From Escherichia coli (GTDB lineage: Bacteria > Pseudomonadota > Gammaproteobacteria > Enterobacterales > Enterobacteriaceae), in NCBI RefSeq assembly GCF_030013595.1, contig NZ_CP122768.1: a stretch of 64,000 bases of DNA; one strand, 5' to 3'. Positions 47,386-58,591 of this stretch are shown piece by piece. A model generated the notes under the pieces. The model searched no databases. It was given only the letters and a program-made list of their open reading frames with translations, and had not been told where the DNA came from. The stretch's first letter is position 1. Each line of letters starts with the position of its first letter. The position numbers and the translations under genes were made by a program.

Positions 47386-49047
47386 TTATTCTACGTTTTC
47401 GGCGACGGGAGTTGTTGAGGTTAAGGGTGAAGTCAATGCCGCCAGCGAGCCGCCAGAAACACCGATTTCATTGAGCAAGGAGTCAATCAGTGGTGCCTGT
47501 GTGCGGTAAGAGAGTGCGGCAGACAATGCCTGTTCTGCCAGGTTTCCGCCACTAACGCTGCCTGATGCTGCATCCCCCGCAGCACCACCTCGGTTTAATC
47601 CATCGACCTGAATAATCTTGATGCCGTCGATAGACTTCATCGGCTCAACGGATTTCTCTATTACTGCAGGTAACGACTGTAATAGCGCCAGTTTGAATTT
47701 AAGGCTGGTTTGTTCATCAGAAAGTACGTTGATAGCGTCGTTCAGCGCACGTTGCGCTTCTGCTTCCGCCAGACCCTTTTTACGCGTAGCTTCGGCTAAC
47801 TCAACGATTGCCGCCGCCTGCATCTCTGCGGCTTCTTTCTCTGCTTTCGCCCGCACGGTCAGTTCAACCGCTTTGGTTTCTGCATCCTGCGCGGCAGCGA
47901 TTAGGGCAACTTGTTTAGCACGATCGGCTTCTGCGGTCTGGCGAGTTGTTTCTACGTTTTGCTGGGCGCTTACCGCTTCTGCAAGTGCAAGGTTGGCACG
48001 CGCTTCCGCTTGTGACTGCTGTTCCGATTTGGCGGCAATAGCGATCGATTTCGTCTGGTTGGCGATTTCGGTGACCTGCTGCTGTTCGATCTCTTTAATG
48101 CGAACTTCACGTTCAGCTTCAACTTTTCTGGAACGGACGGCCTGTTCGCGGTCGATTTCCGTTTCCTGAATCTGTCGTTCAGCCAGAATTCGCGTCTGCT
48201 CTGCTTCCCGACGACGCTCGGCCTCAAAAGCCGCAATTTTCGCATTCTGCTCAGCGGTACGGGTTTTAACCTGCTGCTCCTGCTCAAGCGTCATAAACGC
48301 TTCTTGTTGTTCAATCTCCAGCTTCCGCGAAAGCGCATCACGGTTTTTCTCACGCACCGCAACTTCTACATCCTGTTCAACTTCGTTACGTTCGCGACGA
48401 CGGCGCTCCGTCTCCTGCGTCAGCTTGGTTAAACCTTCGGCGTCAAAGGCGTTGTTAGGATTGAAATGTTCTTTCGACGTCTGGTTAAAGTTGGTAAGTG
48501 AAACGCTTTCCAGTTCCAGGCCGTTTTTCGACAGATCTTCAGCTACGGTATTTTGTACGCCCTGCACGAAGTTCTCGCGGGTATCCTGTAACTCATGCAT
48601 GGTCATTTGTGCAGCTGTTGCACGGAGGGCATCGACAAATTTATCTTCAACCAACATACGTAAGTCTTCAGGCGACAGGGTGCGTTGCCCCAGCGTCTGG
48701 GCGGCGGTGGCAATACCTTCCACTGACGGTTTTACCCGCACAAAGAAAGCGACAACGACATCGACGCGCATACGATCTTTCGTAATCAGGCTATCAATGG
48801 TTGAGCGGCTGACTTCCAGCTTCAGAGTATTCATATTGATGGGGATTATTTCATGAAAGATCGGCATCACGATTGCGCCACCGCTCATTACCACTTTTTG
48901 CCCACCTAAACCAGTACGAACAAAAGCTTGCTCTGCCGAAGCGCGACGATAGAGCCTGGCGAAAATAATTCCAATAATAAACAGAATGCATACGGCAATA
49001 ATCGCGGTAAACATCCAGGAGGGCACAGAATTAACAATATCATCCAT
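47386..49047 (-). CDS. yqiK: Flotillin-like inner-membrane protein YqiK (553 aa)
   Basis: N-terminal TM segment, SPFH/band-7 domain, long Ala/Glu-rich coiled coil. Confidence 0.8.
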   Translation of the reverse strand: MDDIVNSVPSWMFTAIIAVCILFIIGIIFARLYRRASAEQAFVRTGLGGQKVVMSGGAIVMPIFHEIIPINMNTLKLEVSRSTIDSLITKDRMRVDVVVAFFVRVKPSVEGIATAAQTLGQRTLSPEDLRMLVEDKFVDALRATAAQMTMHELQDTRENFVQGVQNTVAEDLSKNGLELESVSLTNFNQTSKEHFNPNNAFDAEGLTKLTQETERRRRERNEVEQDVEVAVREKNRDALSRKLEIEQQEAFMTLEQEQQVKTRTAEQNAKIAAFEAERRREAEQTRILAERQIQETEIDREQAVRSRKVEAEREVRIKEIEQQQVTEIANQTKSIAIAAKSEQQSQAEARANLALAEAVSAQQNVETTRQTAEADRAKQVALIAAAQDAETKAVELTVRAKAEKEAAEMQAAAIVELAEATRKKGLAEAEAQRALNDAINVLSDEQTSLKFKLALLQSLPAVIEKSVEPMKSIDGIKIIQVDGLNRGGAAGDAASGSVSGGNLAEQALSAALSYRTQAPLIDSLLNEIGVSGGSLAALTSPLTSTTPVAENVE

Positions 49048-49073
49048 TATTAAATTTCCTTTTGATTAATAAA

Positions 49074-49703
49074 TTACAATATTTGGGGCCAGGGATTGTT
49101 TTCCGCCAAATATCGCGTTGCAGAAAGTCGGCAAATAATTAACACTTTGTCTCCTTTAGTGAAAATTTTTCCTTCTTCAGGCTCCAGTAGTAAATAATGT
49201 ATTTGGCCAAATTGATCGGTGAGTTTTCCTTCGCAGGGATTACCTGAAGTGGCTTGATGACCGGTAATTAACGCCATGCTACCAATATATTCTTCTTCTG
49301 TAATAGCTGAGCTCTGGTCGCGTGGAATCCAGGGCGCAACTATTTTACCGGTATAATGCACCGCAATAATCGTAAACAGTAAACTGACAGGAACCACAAA
49401 CAGGTTCGAGAGTGGTGATTGCCAGACCATGATGCAGGTATGCTGCAACAGGATGCCAATAAGACCAAAAAAACCAGCCAGTAAGCAAAGAACGACGAGA
49501 GCTGGCAATCTTCCGATATTGAGATAATGAAGTGCCTGGCTAATATGACCTGTGGTTATGGAATCATAATGGTCAAGATGTGCATCAAGTGCACCGGAGA
49601 GCATGTGACCGCAGATAAGCGCAAAAATTTCTAAAAGGCCGATCAACAGTATAAAGGAAATAGCGAAAAGATAAGGGGTGTTATAGTCGGCGAATAAAAT
49701 CAT
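49074..49703 (-). CDS. yqiJ: Inner-membrane protein YqiJ (209 aa)
   Basis: Multi-TM ORF immediately downstream of yqiK. Confidence 0.8.
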   Translation of the reverse strand: MILFADYNTPYLFAISFILLIGLLEIFALICGHMLSGALDAHLDHYDSITTGHISQALHYLNIGRLPALVVLCLLAGFFGLIGILLQHTCIMVWQSPLSNLFVVPVSLLFTIIAVHYTGKIVAPWIPRDQSSAITEEEYIGSMALITGHQATSGNPCEGKLTDQFGQIHYLLLEPEEGKIFTKGDKVLIICRLSATRYLAENNPWPQIL

Positions 49704-49971
49704 ATGTCACTCCAATGTCCATTTAGTGACGCAATATTTACTTTAGGATAGTTTCCTTGCTTACATTTATCTTTGTTAATAATAACACATGTTAGAGAAG
49801 TTCTGGAAGAGAAAGTCTTTTAATATGGTTTTTTATTTTTCACTAAAAAGTGTGATCGGGGACAATATATTTACGCACGTTATGTTTAAAGGCACTACAC
49901 TGATTGGGGAATACTGAAATCAGAAAAAGCATATGGCCTTAAAAGGTATGCGATAACCGGAGGATGTGCTT

Positions 49972-50172
49972 ATGGATCATAGTCTTAATTCTTTAAATAA
50001 TTTCGATTTCCTGGCGCGTAGTTTTGCCAGAATGCACGCAGAAGGTCGCCCGGTCGATATTCTGGCCGTTACTGGTAACATGGATGAAGAACATAGAACC
50101 TGGTTTTGCGCACGTTATGCCTGGTATTGCCAACAGATGATGCAAACCAGAGAACTTGAATTAGAACACTGA
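49972..50172 (+). CDS. glgS: Glycogen synthesis/surface composition regulator GlgS (66 aa)
   Basis: [58 protein letters not shown]... Confidence 0.85.
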
Positions 50173-50177
50173 TATTA

Positions 50178-50200
50178 CGGGCCGTCTGGCCCGTTTTTGT
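50178..50200. terminator. Bidirectional hairpin terminator between glgS and ubiK
   Basis: acgggccgtctggcccgt hairpin followed by TTTTT. Confidence 0.5.
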
Positions 50201-50206
50201 GTTGCT

Positions 50207-50506
50207 TTATTCTGCTTTATCAATAGGCGGGATAGCCGGAGGAGATTGAAGATCTGCTACCGAATTATTGCGCGCTTCCAGTTCACTGATGCGCTGCTCC
50301 AGTAACGCCAGTTTTTCACGAGTCCGTAACAGGACTTGCGTCTGAACGTCGAATTCTTCGCGGCTTACCAGATCGAGACGCGTCAGCTGCGCTTGTAGGG
50401 TTTGGCGGATTTTTTTCTCCACATCTTCCCCGAACTCCCTGATTCCTTTAGGCATTGATTCGTGAACCTGGCGAGCGATTTGCTCAATTTTTTTCGGGTC
50501 AATCAT
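50207..50506 (-). CDS. ubiK: Ubiquinone biosynthesis accessory factor UbiK/YqiC (about 99 aa from MIDPKKIEQ start)
   Basis: BMFP-family coiled-coil protein; start chosen at internal Met. Confidence 0.7.
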   Translation of the reverse strand: MIDPKKIEQIARQVHESMPKGIREFGEDVEKKIRQTLQAQLTRLDLVSREEFDVQTQVLLRTREKLALLEQRISELEARNNSVADLQSPPAIPPIDKAE

Positions 50507-50629
50507 TGTAGTTTCCCTGTACTGATAGGTGTTGAGTGCCATTGTAGTGCGATAAGGGTAAGTCATAAACCAGAATTATGTGAAGCTATGCGTTGCTGCC
50601 GCTAATCATTAGCGTTATAGTGAATCCGC

Positions 50630-50780
50630 TTATTCTCAGGGCGGGGCGAAATTCCCCACCGGCGGTAAATCAACTCAGTTGAAAGCCCGCGAGCGCTTTG
50701 GGTGCGAACTCAAAGGACAGCAGATCCGGTGTAATTCCGGGGCCGACGGTTAGAGTCCGGATGGGAGAGAGTAACGATTC
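50630..50780 (+). ncRNA. FMN riboswitch (RFN element) in the ribB leader
   Basis: Conserved RFN segments AGGGCGGGGCGAAATTCCCCACCGGCGGTAAA ... GGTGTAATTCCGGGGCCGACGGTTAGAGTCCGGATGGGAGAGAGTAACG upstream of ribB. Confidence 0.75.
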
Positions 50781-50879
50781 TGTCGGGCATGGACCCGCTC
50801 ACGTTATTTTGGCTATATGCCGCCACTCCTAAGACTGCCCTGATTCTGGTAACCATAATTTTAGTGAGGTTTTTTTACC

Positions 50880-51533
50880 ATGAATCAGACGCTACTTTCC
50901 TCTTTTGGTACGCCTTTCGAACGTGTTGAAAATGCACTGGCTGCGCTGCGTGAAGGACGCGGTGTAATGGTGCTTGATGATGAAGACCGTGAAAACGAAG
51001 GCGATATGATCTTCCCGGCAGAAACCATGACCGTTGAGCAGATGGCGCTAACCATTCGCCACGGTAGCGGTATTGTTTGCCTGTGCATTACTGAAGATCG
51101 CCGTAAACAACTCGATCTGCCAATGATGGTAGAAAATAACACCAGCGCCTATGGCACCGGTTTTACCGTGACCATTGAAGCAGCTGAAGGTGTGACTACC
51201 GGTGTTTCTGCCGCTGACCGTATTACGACCGTTCGCGCAGCGATTGCCGATGGCGCAAAACCTTCTGATCTGAATCGCCCGGGCCACGTTTTCCCACTTC
51301 GTGCTCAGGCTGGTGGTGTACTGACGCGTGGCGGCCATACTGAAGCGACTATTGATCTGATGACGCTGGCAGGCTTTAAACCGGCTGGTGTGCTGTGTGA
51401 GCTGACTAATGACGATGGCACGATGGCGCGTGCACCAGAGTGCATTGAGTTTGCCAATAAACACAATATGGCGCTCGTGACTATTGAAGACCTGGTGGCA
51501 TACCGTCAGGCACATGAGCGTAAAGCCAGCTGA
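50880..51533 (+). CDS. ribB: 3,4-dihydroxy-2-butanone 4-phosphate synthase RibB (217 aa)
   Basis: [45 protein letters not shown]... Confidence 0.9.
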   Translation: MNQTLLSSFGTPFERVENALAALREGRGVMVLDDEDRENEGDMIFPAETMTVEQMALTIRHGSGIVCLCITEDRRKQLDLPMMVENNTSAYGTGFTVTIEAAEGVTTGVSAADRITTVRAAIADGAKPSDLNRPGHVFPLRAQAGGVLTRGGHTEATIDLMTLAGFKPAGVLCELTNDDGTMARAPECIEFANKHNMALVTIEDLVAYRQAHERKAS

Positions 51534-51572
51534 AAATCGCTGCTTAATTTACTGTCTTAATCAAGAAACCGA

Positions 51573-51601
51573 AGTTGTAGCTGGCTTCGGTTTTTATTTT
51601 G
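51573..51601 (+). terminator. Rho-independent terminator of ribB
   Basis: aaaccgaagttgtagctggcttcggttttta hairpin plus T-tract. Confidence 0.5.
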
Positions 51602-51770
51602 CCCTGCTATGCAAGATGTTAATTCCGCTTCTCTTTCTATGAGAAAATTTCATTAATATCAGGCATTCTTTTTCATTATGATCAAAATCATATAATTGTT
51701 CCGTTATTATGCGACCATATGAATATATCCGAAAAAGGATATGTGAAATTTATGCGCTAAATGTTTAGTA

Positions 51771-51965
51771 TTGTTAAATATTAAGGGTAAAAGGATGTTT
51801 ATCGCCTGGTACTGGATTGTATTGATTGCTCTGGTTGTGGTGGGTTATTTCCTGCATTTGAAACGTTATTGTCGGGCGTTTCGCCAGGACAGAGACGCAC
51901 TGCTTGAAGCACGGAACAAATACTTAAACAGTACGAGAGAAGAGACAGCCGAAAAGGTAGAATAA
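51771..51965 (+). CDS. Small single-pass membrane protein (64 aa; start uncertain)
   Basis: ORF with one hydrophobic helix (FIAWYWIVLIALVVVGYFL) and basic C-terminus; not firmly identified. Confidence 0.3.
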   Translation: MLNIKGKRMFIAWYWIVLIALVVVGYFLHLKRYCRAFRQDRDALLEARNKYLNSTREETAEKVE

Positions 51966-52022
51966 GGCGTTAGTGAAGCTGGCAGAAGTTGTCCATGCGC
52001 TGGACAACTTCTGATGTTGCTT

Positions 52023-52796
52023 TTAACCAATTCCCGCCGTTTGTAGCAGCACTAAACTGAATCCCATCACTGACATTCCACATAGTACGCCATAGCTGGG
52101 GTTATTATTAGGGTCAATCTCTTTGGCGAGCGGCATTAATTCATCAACCGAGAGCGCCACCATAATTCCTGCAACCGCCGCCATGATTGCCGCCATGACC
52201 ACCGGGGAAATCATGCTACCGAGGATTAACCACGCCAGCACACCACCAAGAATTTCTGCCAATCCAGAAATCCCCGCCCAAAGAATCGCGGTGCGTTTAG
52301 AACCCGTTGCTGCATAAACCGGGCCTGCAACCGCCAGACCTTCAGGGATATTGTGCAACGCGACGGCCAGTGCGATGCCAAATCCCAGCTCCAGGTTGCT
52401 GCTCGCAGTGACAAAGGTGGCAATCCCTTCCGGGAAGTTATGCAGACTGATGCCGAGAGTGAGCAGAATGGCTGTGCGCTTGATCGATTTTGGCAACGGC
52501 TGCACCGATTTTTGCATTAAATCCTGCGGATGCGCATGTGGCAACATGCGGTCCAGGCCAAAATAGCCAAGCAGACCGAAGATAAACATTCCATAACCCA
52601 ACACAGGCGACATTCCTTCGGCGGCTAGTGCGGCAGGAAGCATTTCCATTAATGAGATGAGCAACATGATCCCCGCCGCAAATCCTAGCGAAAACGCCAG
52701 TAAGCGGTTCGAGGGTTTTTGCCCGAGAACGCCGAGAAACGCGCCAATAAACGTGGCTGCCCCCGCCAGTATGGTCAGAATGAGAGGTACTGACAT
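52023..52796 (-). CDS. zupT: Zinc transporter ZupT (257 aa)
   Basis: [25 protein letters not shown]... ZIP family; start at internal Met of the longer ORF. Confidence 0.85.
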
Positions 52797-52911
52797 CGAC
52801 AACTCCTTATAAATCTTCACCTTCAGGCAGATCGTCAAAATAACTGATGATCATCATCATTGTTATCCGGGTTCTTACTCCGCCGAACAAGCGTATTGTG
52901 AGGATATCAAA

Positions 52912-53727
52912 ATGACACCTTTAGTTAAGGATATCATCATGTCTTCAACACGTATGCCAGCATTGTTTTTAGGTCACGGTAGTCCGATGAACGTGCTGGA
53001 AGATAATTTGTATACCCGCAGCTGGCAGAAGTTGGGGATGACATTGCCACGCCCGCAAGCGATTGTGGTGGTTTCGGCTCATTGGTTTACCCGTGGAACA
53101 GGAGTGACCGCGATGGAGACGCCGCCCACGATTCATGATTTTGGTGGCTTCCCGCAGGCGCTGTACGACACCCATTATCCGGCTCCTGGATCACCGGCTT
53201 TGGCTCAGCGATTGGTTGAGCTGTTAGCGCCAGTACCTGTCACACTGGATAAAGAAGCCTGGGGCTTTGACCACGGTTCCTGGGGCGTGCTGATTAAGAT
53301 GTATCCTGACGCGGATATCCCGATGGTGCAGTTGAGTATCGACAGTAGCAAACCCGCCGCCTTGCATTTCGAAATGGGGCGCAAACTGGCAGCGCTGCGG
53401 GATGAAGGAATAATGTTGGTCGCCAGCGGTAACGTGGTGCATAACCTGCGTACGGTGAAGTGGCACGGTGATAGTTCACCGTATCCTTGGGCGATGTCGT
53501 TTAATGAGTATGTGGAAGCGAATCTGACGTGGCAAGGGCCGGTAGAGCAGCATCCTCTGGTGAATTATCTCGACCATGAAGGTGGCGCGTTATCTAACCC
53601 AACGCCAGAGCACTATCTGCCGTTGTTGTATGTGTTAGGTGCGTGGGATGGGCAGGAGCCAATTACCATTCCGGTCGATGGTATAGAAATGGGCAGTTTA
53701 AGTATGTTGTCGGTGCAGATAGGCTAA
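52912..53727 (+). CDS. ygiD: Extradiol-type 4,5-DOPA dioxygenase family protein YgiD (271 aa)
   Basis: LigB-family aromatic ring-opening dioxygenase motifs (LFLGHGSPMN...). Confidence 0.8.
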   Translation: MTPLVKDIIMSSTRMPALFLGHGSPMNVLEDNLYTRSWQKLGMTLPRPQAIVVVSAHWFTRGTGVTAMETPPTIHDFGGFPQALYDTHYPAPGSPALAQRLVELLAPVPVTLDKEAWGFDHGSWGVLIKMYPDADIPMVQLSIDSSKPAALHFEMGRKLAALRDEGIMLVASGNVVHNLRTVKWHGDSSPYPWAMSFNEYVEANLTWQGPVEQHPLVNYLDHEGGALSNPTPEHYLPLLYVLGAWDGQEPITIPVDGIEMGSLSMLSVQIG

Positions 53728-53734
53728 TAAAAGA

Positions 53735-53762
53735 ACCCGAAGCCAGAACGACTGGCTTCGGG
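53735..53762. terminator. Bidirectional hairpin between ygiD and dsbI
   Basis: cccgaagccag-aacgac-tggcttcggg. Confidence 0.45.
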
Positions 53763-53772
53763 TGTTGCTGAG

Positions 53773-54444
53773 TTAGCCTCTGATGATTTTAAGCGCCCAT
53801 GCGCCACTCATAATGACCAGCAGCACCAGACACATACCAAAAGCCAGCATACAAGCCTGAGCCATATTCATAAAATGCCATGGTGGTAGCAGATACCAGC
53901 CTTCAGATTGCTGATACATTTCCACAAACCACTGTTGCGTGCTGCTCAGTGTGACGCCATCAGGAACGATTGGTGCGTCATAGCCACAATCCCCGGTAGG
54001 CTTGAACCAATTTGGTGCCCACTGTGCCAGCGGCAGGTTAAAGGGAAAAGTTGGATCGGTAGAGCAACCCTGTACGCCAAACAGTGAATCGGGATCCGGA
54101 TTATGTACTGCATGGTGGATATCGTTCAGTTTGAGCGAAAACTTCAGTCCCAAAATGCTGCCGTAAAATGCCATCACGCAGCCAATTAGCTTTAGGATGA
54201 TGTTCTTTGGGTTGATCGCTGCAACCAATCCTCCAATAACCATCACAAACATGGCGTAGCGAATGTATACACATTGCTCACAGGGTGCCATGTAGAGATA
54301 GATCTGGAAGAAAGCGTGCGCCAGGATAATTAACGCGCCCATCGCAACGGCCATTAACAACCACAACAAGCGTTGCTCCTGCCATCTGACCAGTGTGTCA
54401 ACTGGTGATGTGCGAAGATCTTTCCACATTCCCTTAATACCCAT
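53773..54444 (-). CDS. dsbI: DsbB-like thiol:disulfide oxidoreductase DsbI (223 aa)
   Basis: Membrane protein with CEQC motif in first periplasmic loop; follows dsbL. Confidence 0.8.
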   Translation of the reverse strand: MGIKGMWKDLRTSPVDTLVRWQEQRLLWLLMAVAMGALIILAHAFFQIYLYMAPCEQCVYIRYAMFVMVIGGLVAAINPKNIILKLIGCVMAFYGSILGLKFSLKLNDIHHAVHNPDPDSLFGVQGCSTDPTFPFNLPLAQWAPNWFKPTGDCGYDAPIVPDGVTLSSTQQWFVEMYQQSEGWYLLPPWHFMNMAQACMLAFGMCLVLLVIMSGAWALKIIRG

Positions 54445-54458
54445 AGCCTGTTTCCCTG

Positions 54459-55127
54459 TTATTTGCTTGCTAACTCACGGATAAGGTCTGCCATCGCGTC
54501 GATGGATTTGATGCTCTTGGTGTAGATCAAGTACTTACCATTAACGACATAGGCTGGAACCCCCTGGATTTTGGCGACATCATAAGAGGCTTTCCATTTT
54601 TCCAGTGTTTCTTGAACCGCTGGTTCTTTCAGTGCCGCTTCAAAATCCGCCTGACTCATACCTGCGGCATCCAGACCGGTTTTGATAAAAGCAGCCGGAT
54701 CTTTACCGTCAGACCAGCGTTCTTTTTTGTCGTGATAAGCCGCGTAGTAGGCAAACTTGGCTTTCTTAAACTGAGAGTTAGCATCAAATAAGGAAATGCC
54801 TGCTGCTTTATCTTTATTGATCAAGACCGCAAAGACTTCGCTTGCTTGTTTGCCGTATTCACCTTTGGTTTCCAGATGGAACGGCGTGAAAGCAACGATA
54901 TCTTTCACTTTTTCCGATACCGGACCGGTAACCGCTTTGTCGTACTTGTAACAGAACGGGCAGGCGTAGCTGAATACCTTAATCAGCGTTTTGTCGGCAT
55001 TCGGAATAGGTTTTTCCAGAACCATGTAATCCGTGCCTTCGGTAAATGCAGAAGCGGTAAATGAAACAGCCAAAGCTGCGGTAAGCAGTATGGTTTTAAA
55101 TAGTGATGAGATCCCTAATTTCGACAT
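54459..55127 (-). CDS. dsbL: DsbA-like periplasmic thiol:disulfide oxidoreductase DsbL (222 aa)
   Basis: Signal peptide and thioredoxin-fold CPFC active site. Confidence 0.8.
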   Translation of the reverse strand: MSKLGISSLFKTILLTAALAVSFTASAFTEGTDYMVLEKPIPNADKTLIKVFSYACPFCYKYDKAVTGPVSEKVKDIVAFTPFHLETKGEYGKQASEVFAVLINKDKAAGISLFDANSQFKKAKFAYYAAYHDKKERWSDGKDPAAFIKTGLDAAGMSQADFEAALKEPAVQETLEKWKASYDVAKIQGVPAYVVNGKYLIYTKSIKSIDAMADLIRELASK

Positions 55128-55144
55128 TTTTATTCCCTTCTTAA

Positions 55145-56941
55145 TTATTTGAACATCTGTTGTGGACGGACTAACAGTGCACGATAGTGAGTCTGATTGG
55201 GTTTATCTGACAGCACGTCGATTTCCACTTTCACTTCTTTGGTTTTGTAATCGATTTCGTTCAACTTACCGACGGTTGGCTGCCCGACATCGAACAAATG
55301 AATAGAACCACCGAAGCCAAACATGGTGTTACGGTCGGCTTGATATTCAATGATGGAGGTAATCGGGCTATAGAAATCGTAGCCACGTTCTTTACCGTAT
55401 TCCCACACTTGCTGAACGGTGCCTTTCTTCTCATCAATCTTATATTCCACAAAGCGGGAGTATTTCATGGTTGGTAAGGCAGGTTGTTCCAGATGACGCC
55501 CATCGCCATTATCAAAAATGGTGAGCGTTCCTTTGCTGGAAATCCAGGCGGTATGCTGGGTGTAGGTAAAGTCGAAGTCTGAGTTTTCGCACAGGCCATT
55601 TTCGTTACAGGTAATTGGCTTACCGTTAGCATCAACCGGTTTCAGCAGCTTGCTGGCCAGTGGTTTTTCCCAGCCTTTAGACGGCGCAAGTATCCATTTC
55701 ACTTGTTTATCACGACCAATTTTCACAACACCCTGGTGACGAGAAGAGAGGATGATTGAGTCGTCTTTTGCGTCATAGGCGATGGAGTTGACGTGTGCCC
55801 AGTTACGCCCTGGTCCTACACCCAGCGCGTCGCCAAATGGTGTGTCTGGTTCCAGTTTGGCCTGTTGTCCTGCATGGGCAAGGTCAACGTTAACGCAAAC
55901 TGCACCTGCATCCAGCGCGCCGAGCAGTGCATCGCGTTTCGGATCGAGGATCTTGGTCAGATCCCATACATCGACAACGCGACCAGATTTATCGACTTCG
56001 AGGATATGGTCACGAATGGTGGTGACGTGTACGCCGTCATCGCGACGGTAATTGCTCTTACCTACGCGCAACAATACTGTGCCATTAGGCGTCTCAATGG
56101 ACTCATGAGTGGCGTCAGCAAATCCGCGCGGTAGTTTGTGATCTTCGAGCACCTGCCCCATCATGTCGAACTCGTACCAGTGCTGACCTTGTACAGCGGT
56201 AAAGGTGCCGCGTGGCGTTTCACGGATGCCCATCAGATAACCACGCTTGTTGATATCGCGGTCACGACCATCGTAGAAAGTGTCTTGATCCAGCCACCAG
56301 CGGTATTCACCTTCGGTATCGACGATGAAAGTAAAGGGCGCGATATCAAAAGGTAGTGCGCCGGTTGCCGGACCCGCATCAAGGATACCGGCATTTTTAT
56401 CTTTCTCACCATGCCAGTGGAGATCGGAACCTTGGGCGGTAAAGGTGTGGGTATTAACCAGATAGAGGCGATCTTCAAAACCCGGTGCGACTTTAATAAC
56501 TTTGGTCTGTTGTAAATCGGAGATAGAGCGGTTATCCATGTAATTATTGACGATGGCCGAAGTATGCACCACATAATCATCTTTCATGACCTTGCCGTTT
56601 TCTTTCCACTCAACGGTCACTTTGTTAGCAAATTTCTGATAAAGACCAAAAATCGGTACACCATCGTAAGTTTTTAGTGATTCCTGACCCACGGGATAGC
56701 TGATTTCTACGCCTTTTTCGCCCTTCCCATGGACGGTAACTTTGACATCAGAAATGACATGGCTATCTAAGTCAACCAAAGCGGTCAGTGGTGCATTGCC
56801 GTAGGGATCGACAATGACCGCACCCAGTTGCCCGGCAGGTGGTGCGGGTTTAAAACCTGCTGCCATCACCCCCGGTGCTGACAAACCCAGAGTTATCGCC
56901 ACAGCTCCGGCTACCAGAGTTTTTCTATATTTATCAAACAT
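55145..56941 (-). CDS. assT: Periplasmic arylsulfate sulfotransferase AssT (598 aa)
   Basis: Signal peptide and beta-propeller-like arylsulfotransferase sequence; first gene of assT-dsbL-dsbI. Confidence 0.85.
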   Translation of the reverse strand: MFDKYRKTLVAGAVAITLGLSAPGVMAAGFKPAPPAGQLGAVIVDPYGNAPLTALVDLDSHVISDVKVTVHGKGEKGVEISYPVGQESLKTYDGVPIFGLYQKFANKVTVEWKENGKVMKDDYVVHTSAIVNNYMDNRSISDLQQTKVIKVAPGFEDRLYLVNTHTFTAQGSDLHWHGEKDKNAGILDAGPATGALPFDIAPFTFIVDTEGEYRWWLDQDTFYDGRDRDINKRGYLMGIRETPRGTFTAVQGQHWYEFDMMGQVLEDHKLPRGFADATHESIETPNGTVLLRVGKSNYRRDDGVHVTTIRDHILEVDKSGRVVDVWDLTKILDPKRDALLGALDAGAVCVNVDLAHAGQQAKLEPDTPFGDALGVGPGRNWAHVNSIAYDAKDDSIILSSRHQGVVKIGRDKQVKWILAPSKGWEKPLASKLLKPVDANGKPITCNENGLCENSDFDFTYTQHTAWISSKGTLTIFDNGDGRHLEQPALPTMKYSRFVEYKIDEKKGTVQQVWEYGKERGYDFYSPITSIIEYQADRNTMFGFGGSIHLFDVGQPTVGKLNEIDYKTKEVKVEIDVLSDKPNQTHYRALLVRPQQMFK

Positions 56942-57425
56942 GGATATATCTCCTTATATAACGCAAATATATAATAATGATGAATATCGACTGTTGAGGT
57001 GGTGCTAATAAATTTGTTTTGTGAATTAAAATGTATTAATAATAATCGTTATGAATATTTTTTACTGGTTTTAGATTTTTTGTATTTCTCTGTAACAAAT
57101 ATTTTCTTTTGGTCGATACTAGGTGGGCAATATATCAATAACAATATTCAATATTGTGTAGTGTGATCCCAGCGACATTGTTTTTTAATTATTAAATCTA
57201 TTTTTGATGCGGTGTTGGATATAAATAAACTTATAAAACAATAGGTTACCAAGTGATTTTATTGATTAATTTAATTACAGTATCGCTTACATATGACGAT
57301 TTAATATTAAATTAGGAATTAATGTTAAATAAAAGTGATGGATGTGATTGATTATATATAGATGGGGGTGATGATTTGCGAAGTATAATAAATTGCCCCG
57401 GTAAACGGGGCAATATTGAACAGTA
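56942..57425. promoter_or_regulatory. ~480 bp strongly AT-rich intergenic region upstream of assT, including the ygiC terminator hairpin (~57392-57413)
   Basis: Very low GC with curved-DNA-like A/T tracts; hairpin ttgccccggtaaacggggcaa next to the ygiC stop. Confidence 0.4.
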
Positions 57426-58586
57426 TTACTCAACAAAAATATGCGGATAAAACCGAGACATATCCTGGGTGATCAATGCACGGTCTTCACGAATGCCAAT
57501 TCCGGCAGGTTGATCGTTCACCAGCCAGCTACCAATCAGCATATAGCTGTCGCCGAATTTCGGTAACGGGTGGAATTGCTGAACAATCATCCCTTCTTCG
57601 CCATACGGACCTTCCGCTGCTTCAATGGTTTTGCCGTTCTCAATGATCGACACGTTTGCGCCTTCACGGGAGAAGATCGGTTTAACCACATATTTTTCCA
57701 TTTGCGGATGATCATCTTCCGCAAAATAAGCGGGCAGCAGGTTCGGGTGATTCGGGAACATCTCCCACAGTAGCGGTAGAAGCGCTTTGTTGGAGATAAT
57801 GCTCTTCCACGCCGGTTCCAGCCAGCGTACGCCTGCATCCTCCAGCTTGGTGGAGAACATCTCACGCAACATAAATTCCCACGGATACAGCTTGAACAGG
57901 TTGGAAATCACCTGATCCTGTAAATCCGTGAACTGACCTTTTTCACCTAACCCGATATCGTCGATGTAGAGGAACTCGGTAGCGATTTCAGCTTCCGTCG
58001 CGCAGTCCTGCAAATACTGAATGGTTCCGCGATCTTCCACCGTGTCGCGACAGCAGGTGAGATGCAGCAACTGGAAGCCATACTGTTCACGCAGCTCGAC
58101 AAAGCGATCGATCAGCTTCTCTTGCAGACTGTTAAACTGGTCGCTGCCTTCCGGCAGGTTACCGGCGTTAAGCTGATCTTCCAGCCAGATCCACTGAAAG
58201 AACGCCGCCTCGTATAGTGACGTTGGCGTATCGGCGTTATTTTCCAGAAGTTTAGGTTCGCCAGTACCATCCCACGCCAGATCAAGACGCGAATATAGCG
58301 ATGGCTGGTGAGTCAGCCATGACTGGCGCACAAAACTCCAGGTGTGTTTTGGAATGCGGAATTTGGTCATCAGCTCATCGCTGGCGATCACTTTTTCAAC
58401 CACTTTCAGGCACATCTGGTGCAGTTCGGCGGTGACTTCTTCCAGCTTTTCAACCTGAGCGAGGGTCAACTTGTAGTAAGCATCTTCACACCAGTACGGT
58501 TCGCCGTACATGGTGTGAAAATTGAAACCGTATTCGTGGGCTTTTTCGCGCCAGTCCGGGCGCTCGGTAATACTGACTCTTTCCAT
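57426..58586 (-). CDS. ygiC: Glutathionylspermidine synthase-like protein YgiC (386 aa)
   Basis: ATP-grasp-like GspS homologue; synteny ygiB-ygiC. Confidence 0.85.
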
Positions 58587-58591
58587 CGGTA

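Noticed and set aside
47618-48856. Plus-strand Ala/Ser-rich ORFs overlapping yqiK
   Set aside because: Antisense of the yqiK coiled-coil region; composition artefact.
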